Below are positions 1 to 11,996 of a stretch of DNA of 64,000 nt, one piece after another (the first letter of the stretch is position 1; each line of letters starts with the position of its first letter). A program made the position numbers and the translations under genes. Below the pieces are notes generated by a model. The model searched no databases. It had not been told where the DNA came from and saw only the letters and a list, made by a program, of their open reading frames with translations. Source of the DNA: Catajapyx aquilonaris (taxonomy: Eukaryota); contig KZ538441.1 in NCBI GenBank assembly GCA_000934665.2, positions 1 to 64,000 of the forward strand, given 5' to 3'.

Positions 1-83
1 TGTTTTCATGATTTAAGTCACAAACAACTTCATTTGGTCAATTTTCAGCTAGTAGTTACCATTACCCTCCACAACGCGGCGCG

Positions 84-240
84 GGGTTAGGACCTAAGGT
101 TAGGACGGGACAAGGGGGGAGAGCGTGGGAGGGGGAGACAGGGCAGGGGAGAGTGGGGGAATGGGGGAATGGGGGAAATGTACGTGGGACGCCATATTTG
201 CCGGCGAAAGCTCGTGATTGGCCCTGATTAGAATACCAAT
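84..240 (+). promoter_or_regulatory. G-run-rich tract (G-quadruplex potential) followed by promoter-like motifs
   Basis: Many G3-G6 runs at 84-180; YY1-like GCCATATTTG at 191-200; CCAAT boxes at ~216 (reverse) and 236; CpG-rich. No associated transcript is visible. Confidence 0.25.
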
Positions 241-1176
241 ATGGACGATGAAGTATGAATAAGTTATTATTGCCGTCGTGACTTTGATTTTGGTAGCTGA
301 ATTTACCACGGAAACGATGGACGTCTGGGCCCGGATCGACAATGTCAAAGGAAGACAGGAAATGCTCTGGCGGGAAAAACCAGTCCATGAGCAATTCCAC
401 GTGAAGTGCATCACCTTTTTCACGAAAAAATTTGCCCGTCGCGTCGGTGAGTTTGAGATATGTTGTAGTCCAGGTCCAGTTAAGGACCTTTCCCATAAGA
501 ATTTGCTCCGATGATGCGTGGCTGCCTATCTGCAGGCGCAAATTGTACCTTAATCACATTTAGAGGCGTCCCGCTATTACATTTACACGACAACATAAAT
601 GCATGATGTAATACATGTTTCATGTGTCATTTTCTCCTCTTTACGAAAGCAATGTTTATTTTCCGACATCTGTGTAAATTAATGCCGAAAAGCGAGATTT
701 TTTGCGGGGGAGTGGGAAATGTAATTTTCGAATCAAAGTCCAAAGTTAAATGCCATCACATTGATATCAAAATACCCCTCATAGTGTCCTCCACAGTATC
801 TGTGATGCAAACGGAATTATGGGTAACGAAATAGTTACGGAGCTATAGGCACTGACAGGGAGGGCTGCCAGAGTGCCACCCCAGCAGAGTGAAAATAAGT
901 GGCCCATATGGGTCATATGGAGCCAGAAGAAATTTTCACTACATGTCTAAATAGTGAACGTTGATTTTGGACTTTGACTAGGAAGGTCTAGAGGGATAAA
1001 CAAACCAATAGAGAGTATAGGCTGCAATGCATTTTTATTCTAACTTAATCGGGATTTTTTGACATTAACATGGAATATTCATTTATTCTCACTTTACCAT
1101 AGTAAATACACTAAAATAATGTACTTCATAGATTGATATTGTTGAAAATTTTCTTACAATCATTAGATCCGTCTTT

Positions 1177-2074
1177 TCATAATATTGGGAATAAAACAGA
1201 GGCATTGGAATGTTCCAGGCATTGTGCTTGATACAGCAAATCGCCTCTGCACAGTTCATCATTTATTCTCTCGTGATTATCTGACGAGTAAGAAGTATAT
1301 CTGTTTCCTTTTCGTTTTCGACAGTCCACGTGTACACATTGAAATTGTGTGCAGCACCATGGTTCCCCCGCCCCCTGGCCCTGTTGGCAAGCTAAAGAGG
1401 TCCTCGTTTTCATATTACCCCTTATACACCAATAACACCACGCATCGCAAGGATCCTTCCCATGCATTGTGGCATGAAAGTATCATTTTGCTAACACACC
1501 AAAATCATCTTTGTGATTCAGCAGATTGATAAATATATTGATATTTTCTTAGGTGCTAAGCTGCGCCTCTGTGGCGGAGAAGACTTTCGATCAAGATTTA
1601 TTTTTATTTCCTTTAGTGCTCTAACAGTTGTTGACACAAAAATATACAGTTGGTGGGTTTTCTCCCTTTTTTGAATAAGAGAGGATAGCAATACTTCCAT
1701 GTTCAAGCTTTCTATGGCAGCAAATAACTGTAAAAATTAACACTTATTCTTTTCCCATATGAAAAGACTGTGTGCTTCATTTTGTGCGACGATAATCAAA
1801 TTCTCAGCAAAATCGATTTGCCCCTAAGTCCATTATTGTTCAAATTTTATTTCAAGACCCCAATAAATGACGCCTGCGTTCTGCTGACAAAATAATTGTG
1901 GGATCTCACTTTAATGATTGTGATGCAGAACTGTTCAACAAACTCGCCTGTGTGTGGGTCTGTTTGATGGGTCAAAGTGCACCTGTCTGTGCTTTTCCAC
2001 TAGTTGAATCGCACTTCTTCGATGCTTTCTTTGTTGTACAGTTTAAGCAACAGGTCAAAATTTAGAAGCTCTAC
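1177..2074 (-). mobile_element. Degenerate Sola2-like DNA transposase relic
   Basis: Manual minus-strand translation gives IEEVRFN*WKSTDRCTL...EFVEQFC, QIDFAEN...QNEAHS (~1780-1820) and INLLNHKDDFGVLAK*YFHATMHGKDPCD (~1444-1530). These match the DFxEN and WHFFATSHGKGPCDG motifs I associate with Sola2. Stops and frameshifts are present; strong acceptor (ctaac...ctgcag) before 2074. Confidence 0.75.
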
Positions 2075-3253
2075 CTGCAGAGGAATTTGAGTTAGGGGGA
2101 ATAGAAAAAGGGTAACAACAACAACAACAGGTTGTTGGAAAAATTCATTGTTGAAATGGCATATTCGGTCATTTTGGACTAAACTTATTGAAGTTCCTAA
2201 TTCCAGAAAGTACATTTATGGAGTGGCTAGTGGAACTATTTCCTGACGAACATTAACTGTGTATGACCTACCTGCTCATTAGAAAGGCCCTGTTTGGCCC
2301 AGAGAGTTCCGCATTGCGGCAATGGATAATACCAGATAATACCCTGTGTGACCCCAGGGTGGATGCATCAAATTCTTGATCAGTAGAGAGATTATCAGAA
2401 TTGAAGGTGCCAATTGTAGTAACAGACTTGTCGAATTATCGGTAATTTGGTCCAGTTTACGTACAGTACGAGTACCCCAGGTCATTGACCCAACTCTCAT
2501 TCGCGATAATTTCTCCAATCGGAACGTTCCGGAAATCGAACTCCGCCTGCAGTGAGTCATTGTTAGTTACACTATTGTTATTGTTGGCAGTCTTTGTTGC
2601 ACTTTGTGACGTCAATATACTTTTAAGGCTGGATTTTAAGGTTATCATGAACCGTATTTTATTGCGGTGTTAACAATACAGCCATTGATACAACCCAGCC
2701 TGCATACATTGCAAATGCTTGGGCGGGAAACGGTGTGCAGGAGAAGAGGCTCAGATGGTGTTGCAACTGGCCGTACAGTGGCGTCCTGCTACTACGGGTA
2801 GTGAACAGTGGAGTTAACAGCGCCGACCCACGGCCAATGGTGTCACTTGCGGCGAAAGTGGAGGAAGGCGTGGGGCTGGGGCCTGGCGCCTGGGGGAGCT
2901 CTCAGCTGCAATGGAAGGAGTATGTCGCTCCTCGTGATGTGATCTGTCCTCTCCCGGCATCGCCAGGCCAGGTCTATTGTGGCTTACGGTGCTATTAACC
3001 GACACGGGGCATCTCTGGTTGGGACTCCGCCGTCTGCAACATCTGAACAGGTGGCAGGCGACTTGCTTGACGACAAGGTAGGGCAAATATATTTTGTATG
3101 ACAAAGAAGCTCATGTGTGCTCGGGTTTTCAGAGTGACCTCTACAGTGTCGGGGTAGTCCTGCTGGAGCACAAGTTATCGCCGGCACACCTGAATGACCT
3201 AGTTTATTGCAATCGCCGCAGAGTTCAGGTATGCAACCTGTATGTATCACATT

Positions 3254-3561
3254 AGGTGAATTCGTTTATGGCTGAGTGTAGCAATAGTGTAGCAATAGTG
3301 TAGCTCCAGCGAGAGTTCTGCATTCGTTTATGACGAAGCTGCTCTAAAGGGGCGGGGCTTGGCGTAGCACTGCATTCGTTTATCCCAGTGCAAGGGTCGG
3401 GTGTAGCGCGAGTGTAGCTCTGGCCTGCACGCTCGTTCGGGAGGGTGCAAGTGGTGTAGCAGTGGGTGTAGCACCTCTTCCACTGTGACGTTTCACACAC
3501 GTGACCGGGCTGCGCTAGAGCTACACTCCAGTGCTACACTCAGCCATAAACGAATTCACCT
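3254..3561. mobile_element. MITE, PIF/Harbinger-like
   Basis: ~30-bp TIR AGGTGAATTCGTTTATGGCTGAGTGTAGCA and its reverse complement; 3-bp TSD ATT (3251-3253 and 3562-3564); internal GTGTAGC repeats. Confidence 0.85.
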
Positions 3562-3689
3562 ATTACACAGAGCGCTGGACTGTGGCTGGACTACATACGC
3601 ATGCACTATTGTCGCAGACAAACTGGATGCATAATTTCACGTGTGACAGTGTCTTGCATAACAGGCACAACACTGATGGGTAGAATGGC

Positions 3690-4103
3690 ATGTATGGTTG
3701 GTGTTATGCAATAATGTGTCAGCCCACATGAGACCAGTTTTGAGAAAAAGGGGTCTGAAGGTCATAATTGTGAAATTAATTCAGTGTTCTTTTTGGTCAT
3801 TTATGGCTGAAGTGTGCAGATTTCACCAGCGTGATTTTAACTGAATGAAGTAGGATCCTTTAGGTATATGTTCTTGTGCTTAGCTCAAATTTGACATTTT
3901 TGTGGGCTGACAAATTATTGCATAACACCGTACATGCACACCATTTGTGAGTTAACTTTTCTATCATTTGTGGCAGAAGTATGCAGATTTCGCCACCTTG
4001 ATTTTAACTGAATTCAGTGCTATCCTTTGGGTGTATGTTCCTGGGCTTACTCAATTTTGACATTTTTGGGGGTTGACCCATTATTGCATATCACTGTCCA
4101 TAT
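3690..4103. mobile_element. Diverged MITE with tandemly duplicated right end
   Basis: 3690-3728 is inverted relative to 3901-3935; ~3815-3935 is repeated directly at ~3981-4103. Confidence 0.65.
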
Positions 4104-4335
4104 ATGGCTGGCTAGTCCTGAATAGCCTGAATGACTGACTATGACAGCAGTATGCAATCCAGTTGTATTCATGTCGTGAAAGCCATTTTCATTAACCTGT
4201 TGAGGGCTAGGTTTTTTTGTTATTTTCTTTTTCGATATAGAAGTGATATTAATGAATAACAACTTTGCGCCAAAATTAATCATTTTAATTCGCAGTGGTC
4301 CTGTTGAATATAAAATGATGGGAAAAATTCATCTA

Positions 4336-4485
4336 CAGGGTGTCCCAGATATAATTTAATAAGGATCGTCTGGCTCTCAGAACGTCGATAGGCCTACCGA
4401 GTTTACATAGTAACTATACACTGTTATTATGGTTGCATAATATACCACAACACTGTACTATGAGAAACTCCTAAGGGACACCTTG
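4336..4485. mobile_element. Short Tc1/mariner-type MITE
   Basis: TA-CAGGGTGTCCC...GGGACACCTTG-TA termini. Confidence 0.55.
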
Positions 4486-5313
4486 TACTCAGGGCATTAT
4501 TTTTACATGAAAGATGACGCAGCAGCCGTGTGTCCTTGGCATGTTTGACTTGGCTTAGCTCCCGCCCAGTGCATTGTGGGGGATGTCATGGTAGTTTAGT
4601 CACCATCCAAGAGATGCCAGGAGTATATTGAACTGAATTTGGAACCGCAAAGTTCGAATTCTATGTGCATATTTTAGCGCACCAAATTCAAACATCTGCA
4701 GACCACACAGGAATCTACTCGGGGGTTGGTTTGGATTGGCGTCCTTCTGAACCAACCCAAACTGTCCTTTCCTCGGAGGGCATTCGCAGACTAGGATTCG
4801 GGTGGCTGCCAGCGGCAGATTCCTGTGAGGGCGCGCCAGCGCCAAATTCCGGTCTGGGGGAGACTTTCATGTTAAACTACTGTATCGTAGGAAGGTCAAG
4901 GGGTGGATTCGAGCTATACAAATCAGGGAAATTTAATCAAATGGGCATGAGGAAACCTGGAAATATCAAGGAATTTTTTTCTTTGGTTCACTAGACACCC
5001 TGTAGGAGTGTGCCAGTTTGAAACTCGTTTCATGTAGCTCCTCTGCCATGCGCTCCTATAGTGTAAAGAGTCATTCTGCTCCAGGACGTCATTTCAAGTG
5101 CATTTCAACTCATTTCCCCCCAATTGTGTAAATGTAGTTATTGTCAAATGATAGTGCTGTTATGAATACCAAATTATGGCCTGGTACTATTCTGTAATTT
5201 AATGCATGCAGGTGGCTGACTTTCCAGTTTCTATTTTGGTGTGAGAATGATGGATCTGAGAAGAATCACACCACCACCACACCACACACACACTCATTCA
5301 GTTTGTACTTATA

Positions 5314-5701
5314 CAGGGTGGTCCAACTTCAAGTGTCGTTTTATAACGGATATTAATAGAAGCGCTTTACAATTATCGTAGCAGCGACGTGTAAAATGGC
5401 CCATTTCGGCGCCATCGAAAATATTAGCTGTGTTTCGTTTGCAGGCTTCCCCCTTGCATTACAGGTCCATGGTCCATCTGGTGCCTTGGGCGTCACCCAT
5501 TTCACCCAGGCGCATCGCAGGTCATGTGTACAGCTCCTTTTTTCCAGGTCAACCCAGCAGCAGGGTTTATTACATGTGTGCTGCTATTGGCAGCTAATAT
5601 TTTCGATGGCGCCGAAGTGGGACATTTTACACGTCGCTGCTACATCATCGCAAAATCACTACTATTAATCGCCGTTATAAAACGACACTTGAAGTTGGAC
5701 C
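5314..5701. mobile_element. Long-TIR Tc1/mariner-type MITE
   Basis: ~110-bp inverted arms (GGTCCAACTTCAAGTGTCGTTTTATAACGG...GGCGCCATCGAAAATATTAGCTG); left end TA-CAGGGTG, right terminus truncated. Confidence 0.85.
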
Positions 5702-6040
5702 TGAGTTGTTGGAAACTGTTGGAAACTGAAGTTGGAAAGTTGGAAGTTGGAAACTGAAGGGGAGTGTACTAATACAGTGAAACCGTACATAATGGAATCA
5801 CTCCATTCCACAAAAATTTTCCATGGCAAACTATGTTGGCGACACTAAACTAGAAAAAAGAGTTCAAGGCTCATTGCAAGTGTCCTAACTAGCAGAAGCC
5901 AGAGACTTAAGGGAACCTGTGGTATACATACTGACTGGTGTACAGTATGAAGACTAATATTTTTTCCCCACAGAGCTCATTTTAGTTGGATCCTTACACC
6001 CTGTCAGGGTACTGACACCGTATTATTTATTCCTTACAGG

Positions 6041-6664
6041 ATGGGTACCATATTTGTCAAAGCAAAACCCAAGTCCCGTGTCACTGAACAAGATAAGGCA
6101 GTTCTGCAGTTGAAACAGCAGCGTGACAAACTACGCCATTATCAGAAGAGGCTTAATGCCAACCTTGAGAAAGAGCGTGAAATTGCCCAGCAGTTGCTCC
6201 GTGATGGGAAGCGTGACCGAGCGAAGCTCCTGTTGAAAAAGAAGCGCTACCAGGAGAACCTCCTTACGCAAACCGATGCCCAAATGGATCGGTTGGAGCA
6301 ATTGACACATGATATCGAATTTGCACAAGTTGAGATGAAGGTTCTTGATGGACTCAAAGGAGGCAATGAGGCTCTCAAGAAACTCCATGGGCTTTTAGCC
6401 CTGCAGGACATTGAGCAAATAATGGATGAGGCTAGAGAAGGAATCGAAAAGCAGCAGGAGATTGATGAGTTGCTGTCTGGTGCGTTGTCTGAAGATGACA
6501 ACGAAGCTGTTCTAGCTGAGCTGGAGAGCATTGTGAAAGAAACTCTTCCTGATGTTACTGAGGTGGAAGAGGATTTGATGTTGCCAGATGTTCCGCAGGA
6601 AAAGCCTACAGGTGCTAAGGCTGAGCAGCAGCATGCAGGGAAAGTAGCCATGATGGCCTCATAG
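6041..6664 (+). CDS. CHMP6: Charged multivesicular body protein 6 / Vps20 (ESCRT-III, Snf7 family)
   Basis: 207-aa ORF: MG myristoylation start, RVTEQDKAVLQLKQQRDKL, AKLLLKKKRYQE, IEFAQVEMKVLDGLK, acidic C-terminus with MIM2-like LPDVP. Splice acceptor (tttattccttacag) 1 nt before the ATG. Confidence 0.97.
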   Translation: MGTIFVKAKPKSRVTEQDKAVLQLKQQRDKLRHYQKRLNANLEKEREIAQQLLRDGKRDRAKLLLKKKRYQENLLTQTDAQMDRLEQLTHDIEFAQVEMKVLDGLKGGNEALKKLHGLLALQDIEQIMDEAREGIEKQQEIDELLSGALSEDDNEAVLAELESIVKETLPDVTEVEEDLMLPDVPQEKPTGAKAEQQHAGKVAMMAS

Positions 6665-6970
6665 TTCCAGCTGCAATGAATTTCCGGTAAGCTGTAGCCA
6701 GTTTTAAAACCAGTTGATGTCATGTGTAATTGCAGAGCAACCTTCAACAAATACCAGTTTTTGCTTGGTCCTTAAGTCATTCCATTATGGAAAGAGTTGC
6801 TGGCCCTTGTTTCCCAACATACTGAAAGTCCACATGAATTCCACCCAATGTGTGATTCAAGACAGGTGTCCACATTAGTTAGTGAATTTTTTGCCCTTAG
6901 CAGTGTATTTTTAGGCAGTTGCTTTGATAGTTATGTTTAGAGTTTATCAAAACTTTTGCTGCTAATGCAA

Positions 6971-7212
6971 GGGCCAGTCGGAAAATAAGTTTCACTATGA
7001 TACAGTTTCGATGCCATGTGACGGACAGGGTAAAGACAAGCTTGAGCACAGATATCGATTCTTCCGATACCTATTTGGATGGGTAGGCGCCATCTTGCAA
7101 CTTATGCGCAGGTGTGGGAGCCATCAGAGGAGACTGTGGAGAGCAGAGTGTGCCTGCCCATATTCCACCAGGAGAAATCTTGGCAGACTTATGTGTGTTG
7201 GTCACATGGAGT
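6971..7212 (+). repeat. Unclassified interspersed repeat, copy 1
   Basis: GGGTAGGCGCCATCTTGCA...GTGCCTGCCCATATTC..CCAGGAGAAATC matches ~10870-11130 in inverted orientation. Confidence 0.7.
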
Positions 7213-7227
7213 AAGGCACAAGTTGTT

Positions 7228-8436
7228 ATAATAATAATAATCATCATCATCATGACGTTTCCCTATAAGGGGTAGTCAGAGATGACGGGAGCCACAAGCT
7301 AACCCAAAATATAATAATAATAATAATAATAATAATGGATACCCCGTGATAGGCCCCTTGGGCCTCTTAGGGGATCATCTTTTGAAAACCCGACTTTAAT
7401 CATTTGCCTGAAATGTGATGGATTTTGATAGTGGGAGGAAACGGGAGAACCCCGAGAAAACCCACGCAAACACGGAGAGAACCCATCAAAACTCTATCCA
7501 CATAAGTATCCTCCGTCCGACCCGGGGATCGAACTCGGGACCTTAGAGGTGGAAGGCTGTGGCGCTAACCACTCGGCCACCGTGTCGCCCCTACTAACCC
7601 AAAATATGAACTAAATTAAAACTTGTAAAAATAAACCTATAAACAACCTGCCCCGCCCCCCACCCCTGCCCATCTCAGATGACACACACTCAATATTAAA
7701 TTTAAATATTACACTATACAATGCGGTACTTTGTAAAATCAAGTGTCCCCCTCCCCCCACCCCCCTGGAAGAGGAATCAGCAACTATTAAATTCCTCCAA
7801 GTGACTGGAATATTCACCTCCAAACGACCAGAACACCCACAGGCCAGGAAGAACCAGCATACGGAAATCCAAACTCGAACTCCAAGTGCTGTGCAGGACA
7901 GAGAGAGAGGCAGACACCCTTCCAACCATGACTACCGGTGTCAACCTATGCATTACTGTGCAAGAGATATTTGCCAGCCTTGTAGTTCTGCACAGCACCC
8001 AGAGCCTGAGTATGAACTTCCAGACGCCGACTCCTCCCACCAACCTGCAAACATTCTAGCCATTCAGAAGAATTCACTGGACACTGCCATTCCTCACAAA
8101 CCCGTGAATATTCTGCCCATTAATTAACCTACGCCATTTACACCTATCCAAACAAACAACCTTACCTCAGCCATGGTCCTATTGACACATGAACGTGTAG
8201 GCTTAACACTAGCAACACCCTTAAGACACTGACCCACCTGGTTCAACCATGTCTTCCTAGGCCTACCCTTGCCCCTCTTACCAACTACTCCACCCAAATA
8301 AACCTTCTTCACAATCTCCTCGTCCTTCATCCTCTCCACATGGCCAAGCCACCTTAGAGTAGACCTACACACCTTATCTTTAACAATCTCCTTAACATTA
8401 CACCTCTGCAAAATCTCCTCATTCCTATAATTCCTA
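7228..8436 (-). mobile_element. 5'-truncated RTE-clade LINE (ORF C-terminus, 3' UTR, (ATG/ATT)n tail)
   Basis: RNEEILQRC...LRWLGHVERM...KRGKGRPRKTW at 8124-8430 is the typical RTE C-terminus. The 3' end TCTCTGACTACCCC..GGGAAACG plus microsatellite is at ~7228-7290. Interrupted by a SINE. Confidence 0.85.
7313..7593 (-). mobile_element. tRNA-derived SINE with V-domain-like core
   Basis: A box TGGCCGAGTGG, B box GTTCGATCC; core GTTTGCGTGGGTTTTCTCGGGGTTCTCCCGTTTCCTCCCAC; (TTA)n tail; 14-bp TSD CTAACCCAAAATAT (7299-7312, 7594-7607). Confidence 0.92.
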
Positions 8437-8440
8437 TATG

Positions 8441-9015
8441 TTGTTGTTGTTGTTGTTATTATTATAGGTAGTGCAGACCACAAGAAGTATTACATGGACC
8501 TTTATTTAAAACATGCATAAAATATAGCACTCGGCTGAAATTTAAAAGGGAGACCAACTAGTTTATTGAGGGATGGTGCTAGACGTCCACTCAAGGCTGC
8601 CACCGCGCCGGATTGTCTGGGGGCAACCCGGACTTGGACACATTCCCCTATTCCCACTCCTTACCCGAGCTAACCAAATAAGCTATTGGCAGTCAGGCAA
8701 AGGTGGCCGAAACTGCTGCTTTGTCTGTGCCGAGGGGTAAATCACTCGGAAGTTGAGCTTACAATGGACTTGCAAAAAGCTGGACTTGGTGCTTACCATA
8801 CAACGGACTTGATGAGTGATTTACCCCTCCTCGCCTGCTGGCACCAAGTGTCGTCGCGTCAGCCGGATTTTACGCCTTGAGGAGGTCTACCCATGGCCGG
8901 CATGTAACGGGGGGTCCACATGCCATCCCGGATTATTATCGGGGGAAAGGCAAGGTGAGGTCTATCTTCGACTTCTCGCTCCGACACGGTCGGTAGTGGC
9001 CTTACTTCTGCCCTA
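8441..9015 (-). mobile_element. Unclassified structured non-LTR retroposon fragment
   Basis: (AAT)(AAC)n tail; 3' end homologous to the tail of the SINE at 11941-12324; imperfect TSD ATTCC(T)ATATG; several hairpins; no tRNA head. Confidence 0.6.
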
Positions 9016-9558
9016 TTCCATATGAGAGGCTCGAAAGCAAAAGCTGCTAACTCTATAATAAGAAATTGTACATGAGAGGAGAAAAATCTGTCATTTGGAA
9101 ACGGTTGCAAACTGAAAGTAGCTCATGGGGAAGTCATGAGATGGCATTTTTATGCATTTTTAAAAGTACGTTTTGAAAATCATGGATTGGTAGTTTAGCC
9201 ACATATTTGGAGTGAGCTTGTTTTCCTTCGAATTCTCTGGATCTAGCTGGTTTTGCTTGAAAAAAAGTATTTTTTTCCACAGAAATTATTATTTAATAAT
9301 AATATGGAGAGAGTTAAAATGCTGATTTCACCACTCATGAGACAGTCTCATGTATATGTTTCACATATGAGGGCTGGATTTTAAATAGTGGCAACACTGC
9401 GATAATTTCAAAAGAGATCTTTAATTAACAAGTTATACACATTCCTTCAATGTAGTCTGCCCTCACTCCATGACCCTTCCAGATATATGAGAGACATTGG
9501 ATGCCGTCAGCAGAGTGATTTTTGTTGATATCTGCCATCACTCGCCCTAAAGCATGTA

Positions 9559-10160
9559 GGGTAAACCGTACAGTGATGGCCCGCCCTACAGTGATGGCCC
9601 ACTGTGTCTTGGTTCTTTAAGAAATAAGCCGTGTAAATGCCATACCATGAAAAAGTGACCATGTTGTGACACCTGGAACCCTTGGCTTGAACTCGGTCGA
9701 AAATCAGTCCACTGAGGTCATTGCAAGAGCAGTAATGGTACCTCACAAACAAACCTGCTGCTCATGTAGGATAAACATACAGTGACAGCCAGTTTCTACA
9801 ACCTGCATGCTTTTATCTCGTGTCAGTTGCGCCTACGGTCCTAATAACAATGGTCCCTACTGTCCTTAGATTCCTACTGTAGATATCTTATGGTTTTGCT
9901 GCCATGACCATCACTGTCTTGGCACCTGGCCATTATCATTTGTAGGGGTGGCCATTACTGTCTTTTAGGCAGTATATTTTGTGCATTTAAATATACGCAC
10001 ACATGCTGACAGATGTAAATGAATTTGATGGAATGGGAACTAGCAAAGCCTCTGTTATTAGATAAACATTTTAGACAATTTATGCAGAAAGCAATTCTGA
10101 GGGTATTCATGTATTACTCTGACCAATACGCTAAACTGGCCATCACTATGCAGTTTACCT
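9559..10160. mobile_element. MITE with TA TSD (pogo/Tc1-mariner type)
   Basis: TA-GGGTAAACCGTACAGTGATGGCC versus GGCCATCACTATGCAGTTTACCT-TA; subterminal CAGTGATGGCC repeats. Confidence 0.7.
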
Positions 10161-10488
10161 TACTATTTCTTCAATTCTCTGGATACATTTCCTCGCACTG
10201 GTTCCTTCATTTTTGTGAACAAAATAATCAAAATTGCAAGGGCTCATGTCTGGAGAGTAGGGAGGGTGCTCCAGTGTTTCCAATTGCCAACAAAGCAATA
10301 ATTCTCTCACTGCAGCTGCGACATGGCAACGCAATGGAGCTGGTCTTGGGGCAAGTGTTTAGGAAATGTGGTCGCTTGCCTCAAAGTCCTGTTGCTGGCG
10401 TTGTATCGCTGGTCTCGTATGGTGTTCCAAGAAGTCGTGGTAGTACAGGGAATTGTCATGGCCCCTCGTGCTACACCATATTTGGGTA

Positions 10489-10814
10489 CTAACAAGGGAA
10501 CGACCAGGGTCGGTCACCTCTTATTAGGTTGAAACTCGCTTGAGGTGTAACTTATGTGCGATAGACACACTGGTGAAAGTCCTAGATGCCACTGTCCATC
10601 CGTTTCCGACATATGAGCGACCGAAACATCCGTATTTTCGCTGTGCGTATAGGGGCCTTGCTGGGCCTTGCACTTGTCCTTTCCTGACACCTGTATGCGT
10701 GGCCAAAATTCGGATTTTTTTGTCGCTCATTTCTCGGAAACTGCTGGACTGTGTTTATTGCACATGAGTTTCAACCAAATCGGAGGCTACCGACCTTGGT
10801 CTTTCCATTGTAAG
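10489..10814. mobile_element. MITE with TA TSD
   Basis: ~50-bp imperfect TIRs CTAACAAGGGAACGACC...GGTTGAAACTC and GAGTTTCAACC...GGTCTTTCCATTGTAAG, flanked by TA. Confidence 0.7.
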
Positions 10815-10869
10815 TAGAGGACAAACTCATTTTTTCCCACTGTTGGAGATAGCTGATTTTGCTTGGGAG

Positions 10870-11130
10870 CTCCTCATATAACCCATACACATCAGTCTGC
10901 CATGATTTCTCCTGGCAGAATGTGGGCAGGCACGCCAAGACCTGTTGGGCTCTCTGTGCTCAACACTAGGTCTTGTCCGACGGCTGCCATGCCTGTGCAT
11001 AATCTGCAAGATGGTGCGCCTACCCGTCCTGTAAAGTACCGGAAGGAACGATGTCTCTGCTAATTTTCTCTGTACCCTGTCCGTTGCATGGTATTGAATT
11101 TGTAGCATCACAAAACTTATGTTTCGACTG
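10870..11130 (-). repeat. Unclassified interspersed repeat, copy 2
   Basis: Inverted homolog of 6971-7212. Confidence 0.7.
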
Positions 11131-11509
11131 ACCCTCATATCAGGGTATGTGCACCCATCCTGTTTTATACATGCCTGCAAGTAATGTGTTCCATCATTGA
11201 CATTTGACACCAATTGTTCCAATTGAACAGTTACGATGCAAAACATTGAGATTCCAAAAATTTGGGAAATGAAACTGAGATAGCCATTCAAAGTAGGTTT
11301 TTGTACAAGCTATCCACTGGGTATCAAATTGGGACTATCCCCGTATTTCCCCATTACGAGCAGATTATGCAGTATACCACTTCCACCACAGGCGACAGTG
11401 ACACTGACGAGTGAATACACTCCAACTGATCGCCAGGATACATTGTGAAGCATCTATAATATTAAAATGCTTGCGGTGTGTGGAAGTGTAGTGGAAGCAT
11501 GTCCTTATA

Positions 11510-11936
11510 CAGGGTGTCCGTGAACTGACCAGTCAGACCTTCACCCGTGGCTCAATTGACACCAGAGGATCATGTTATGTAGAAGAGTCATTATGTCTGG
11601 GCAGCCTCATTACTGAGATAAATGCCTTCAAACGACAAGTACAAAGTATCCTGGGAGGTATGTAAACCTTCAGCCCCGAAATCGCATCACCAGTCAAATA
11701 ATAGCAGCTTTTCCATTTGGCTACTAGCATGTTGCATGGCACACACCAGCACACACTGACACGCACTTGTCACTGCTATTTGACAATCACTCTTAGGCCC
11801 AATCACTAAATGGCAAATGATCAATTATCTCAGTAATGAGGCTGCCCAGACATAATGACTCCTCTACATAACATGATTCTCTGGTGTCAATGGAGCCACG
11901 GGTACAGGTCTGACTGGTCGGTTCACGGACACCCTG
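11510..11936. mobile_element. Long-TIR Tc1/mariner-type MITE
   Basis: ~105-bp inverted arms beginning CAGGGTGTCCGTGAAC; TA TSD. Confidence 0.92.

Positions 11937-11940
<4 letters not shown>

Positions 11941-11996
<56 letters not shown>

Noticed and set aside
62..541. 159-aa minus-strand ORF
   Set aside because: No recognisable domain; the Pro-rich end simply reflects the G-run tract. Unresolved without a homology search.
6247..6750. 167-aa antisense ORF
   Set aside because: Shadow of the CHMP6 CDS.
10307..10495. piggyBac Cys-rich C-terminus relic (PHFLNTCPK...CRSC)
   Set aside because: Similarity too short and interrupted by stops.
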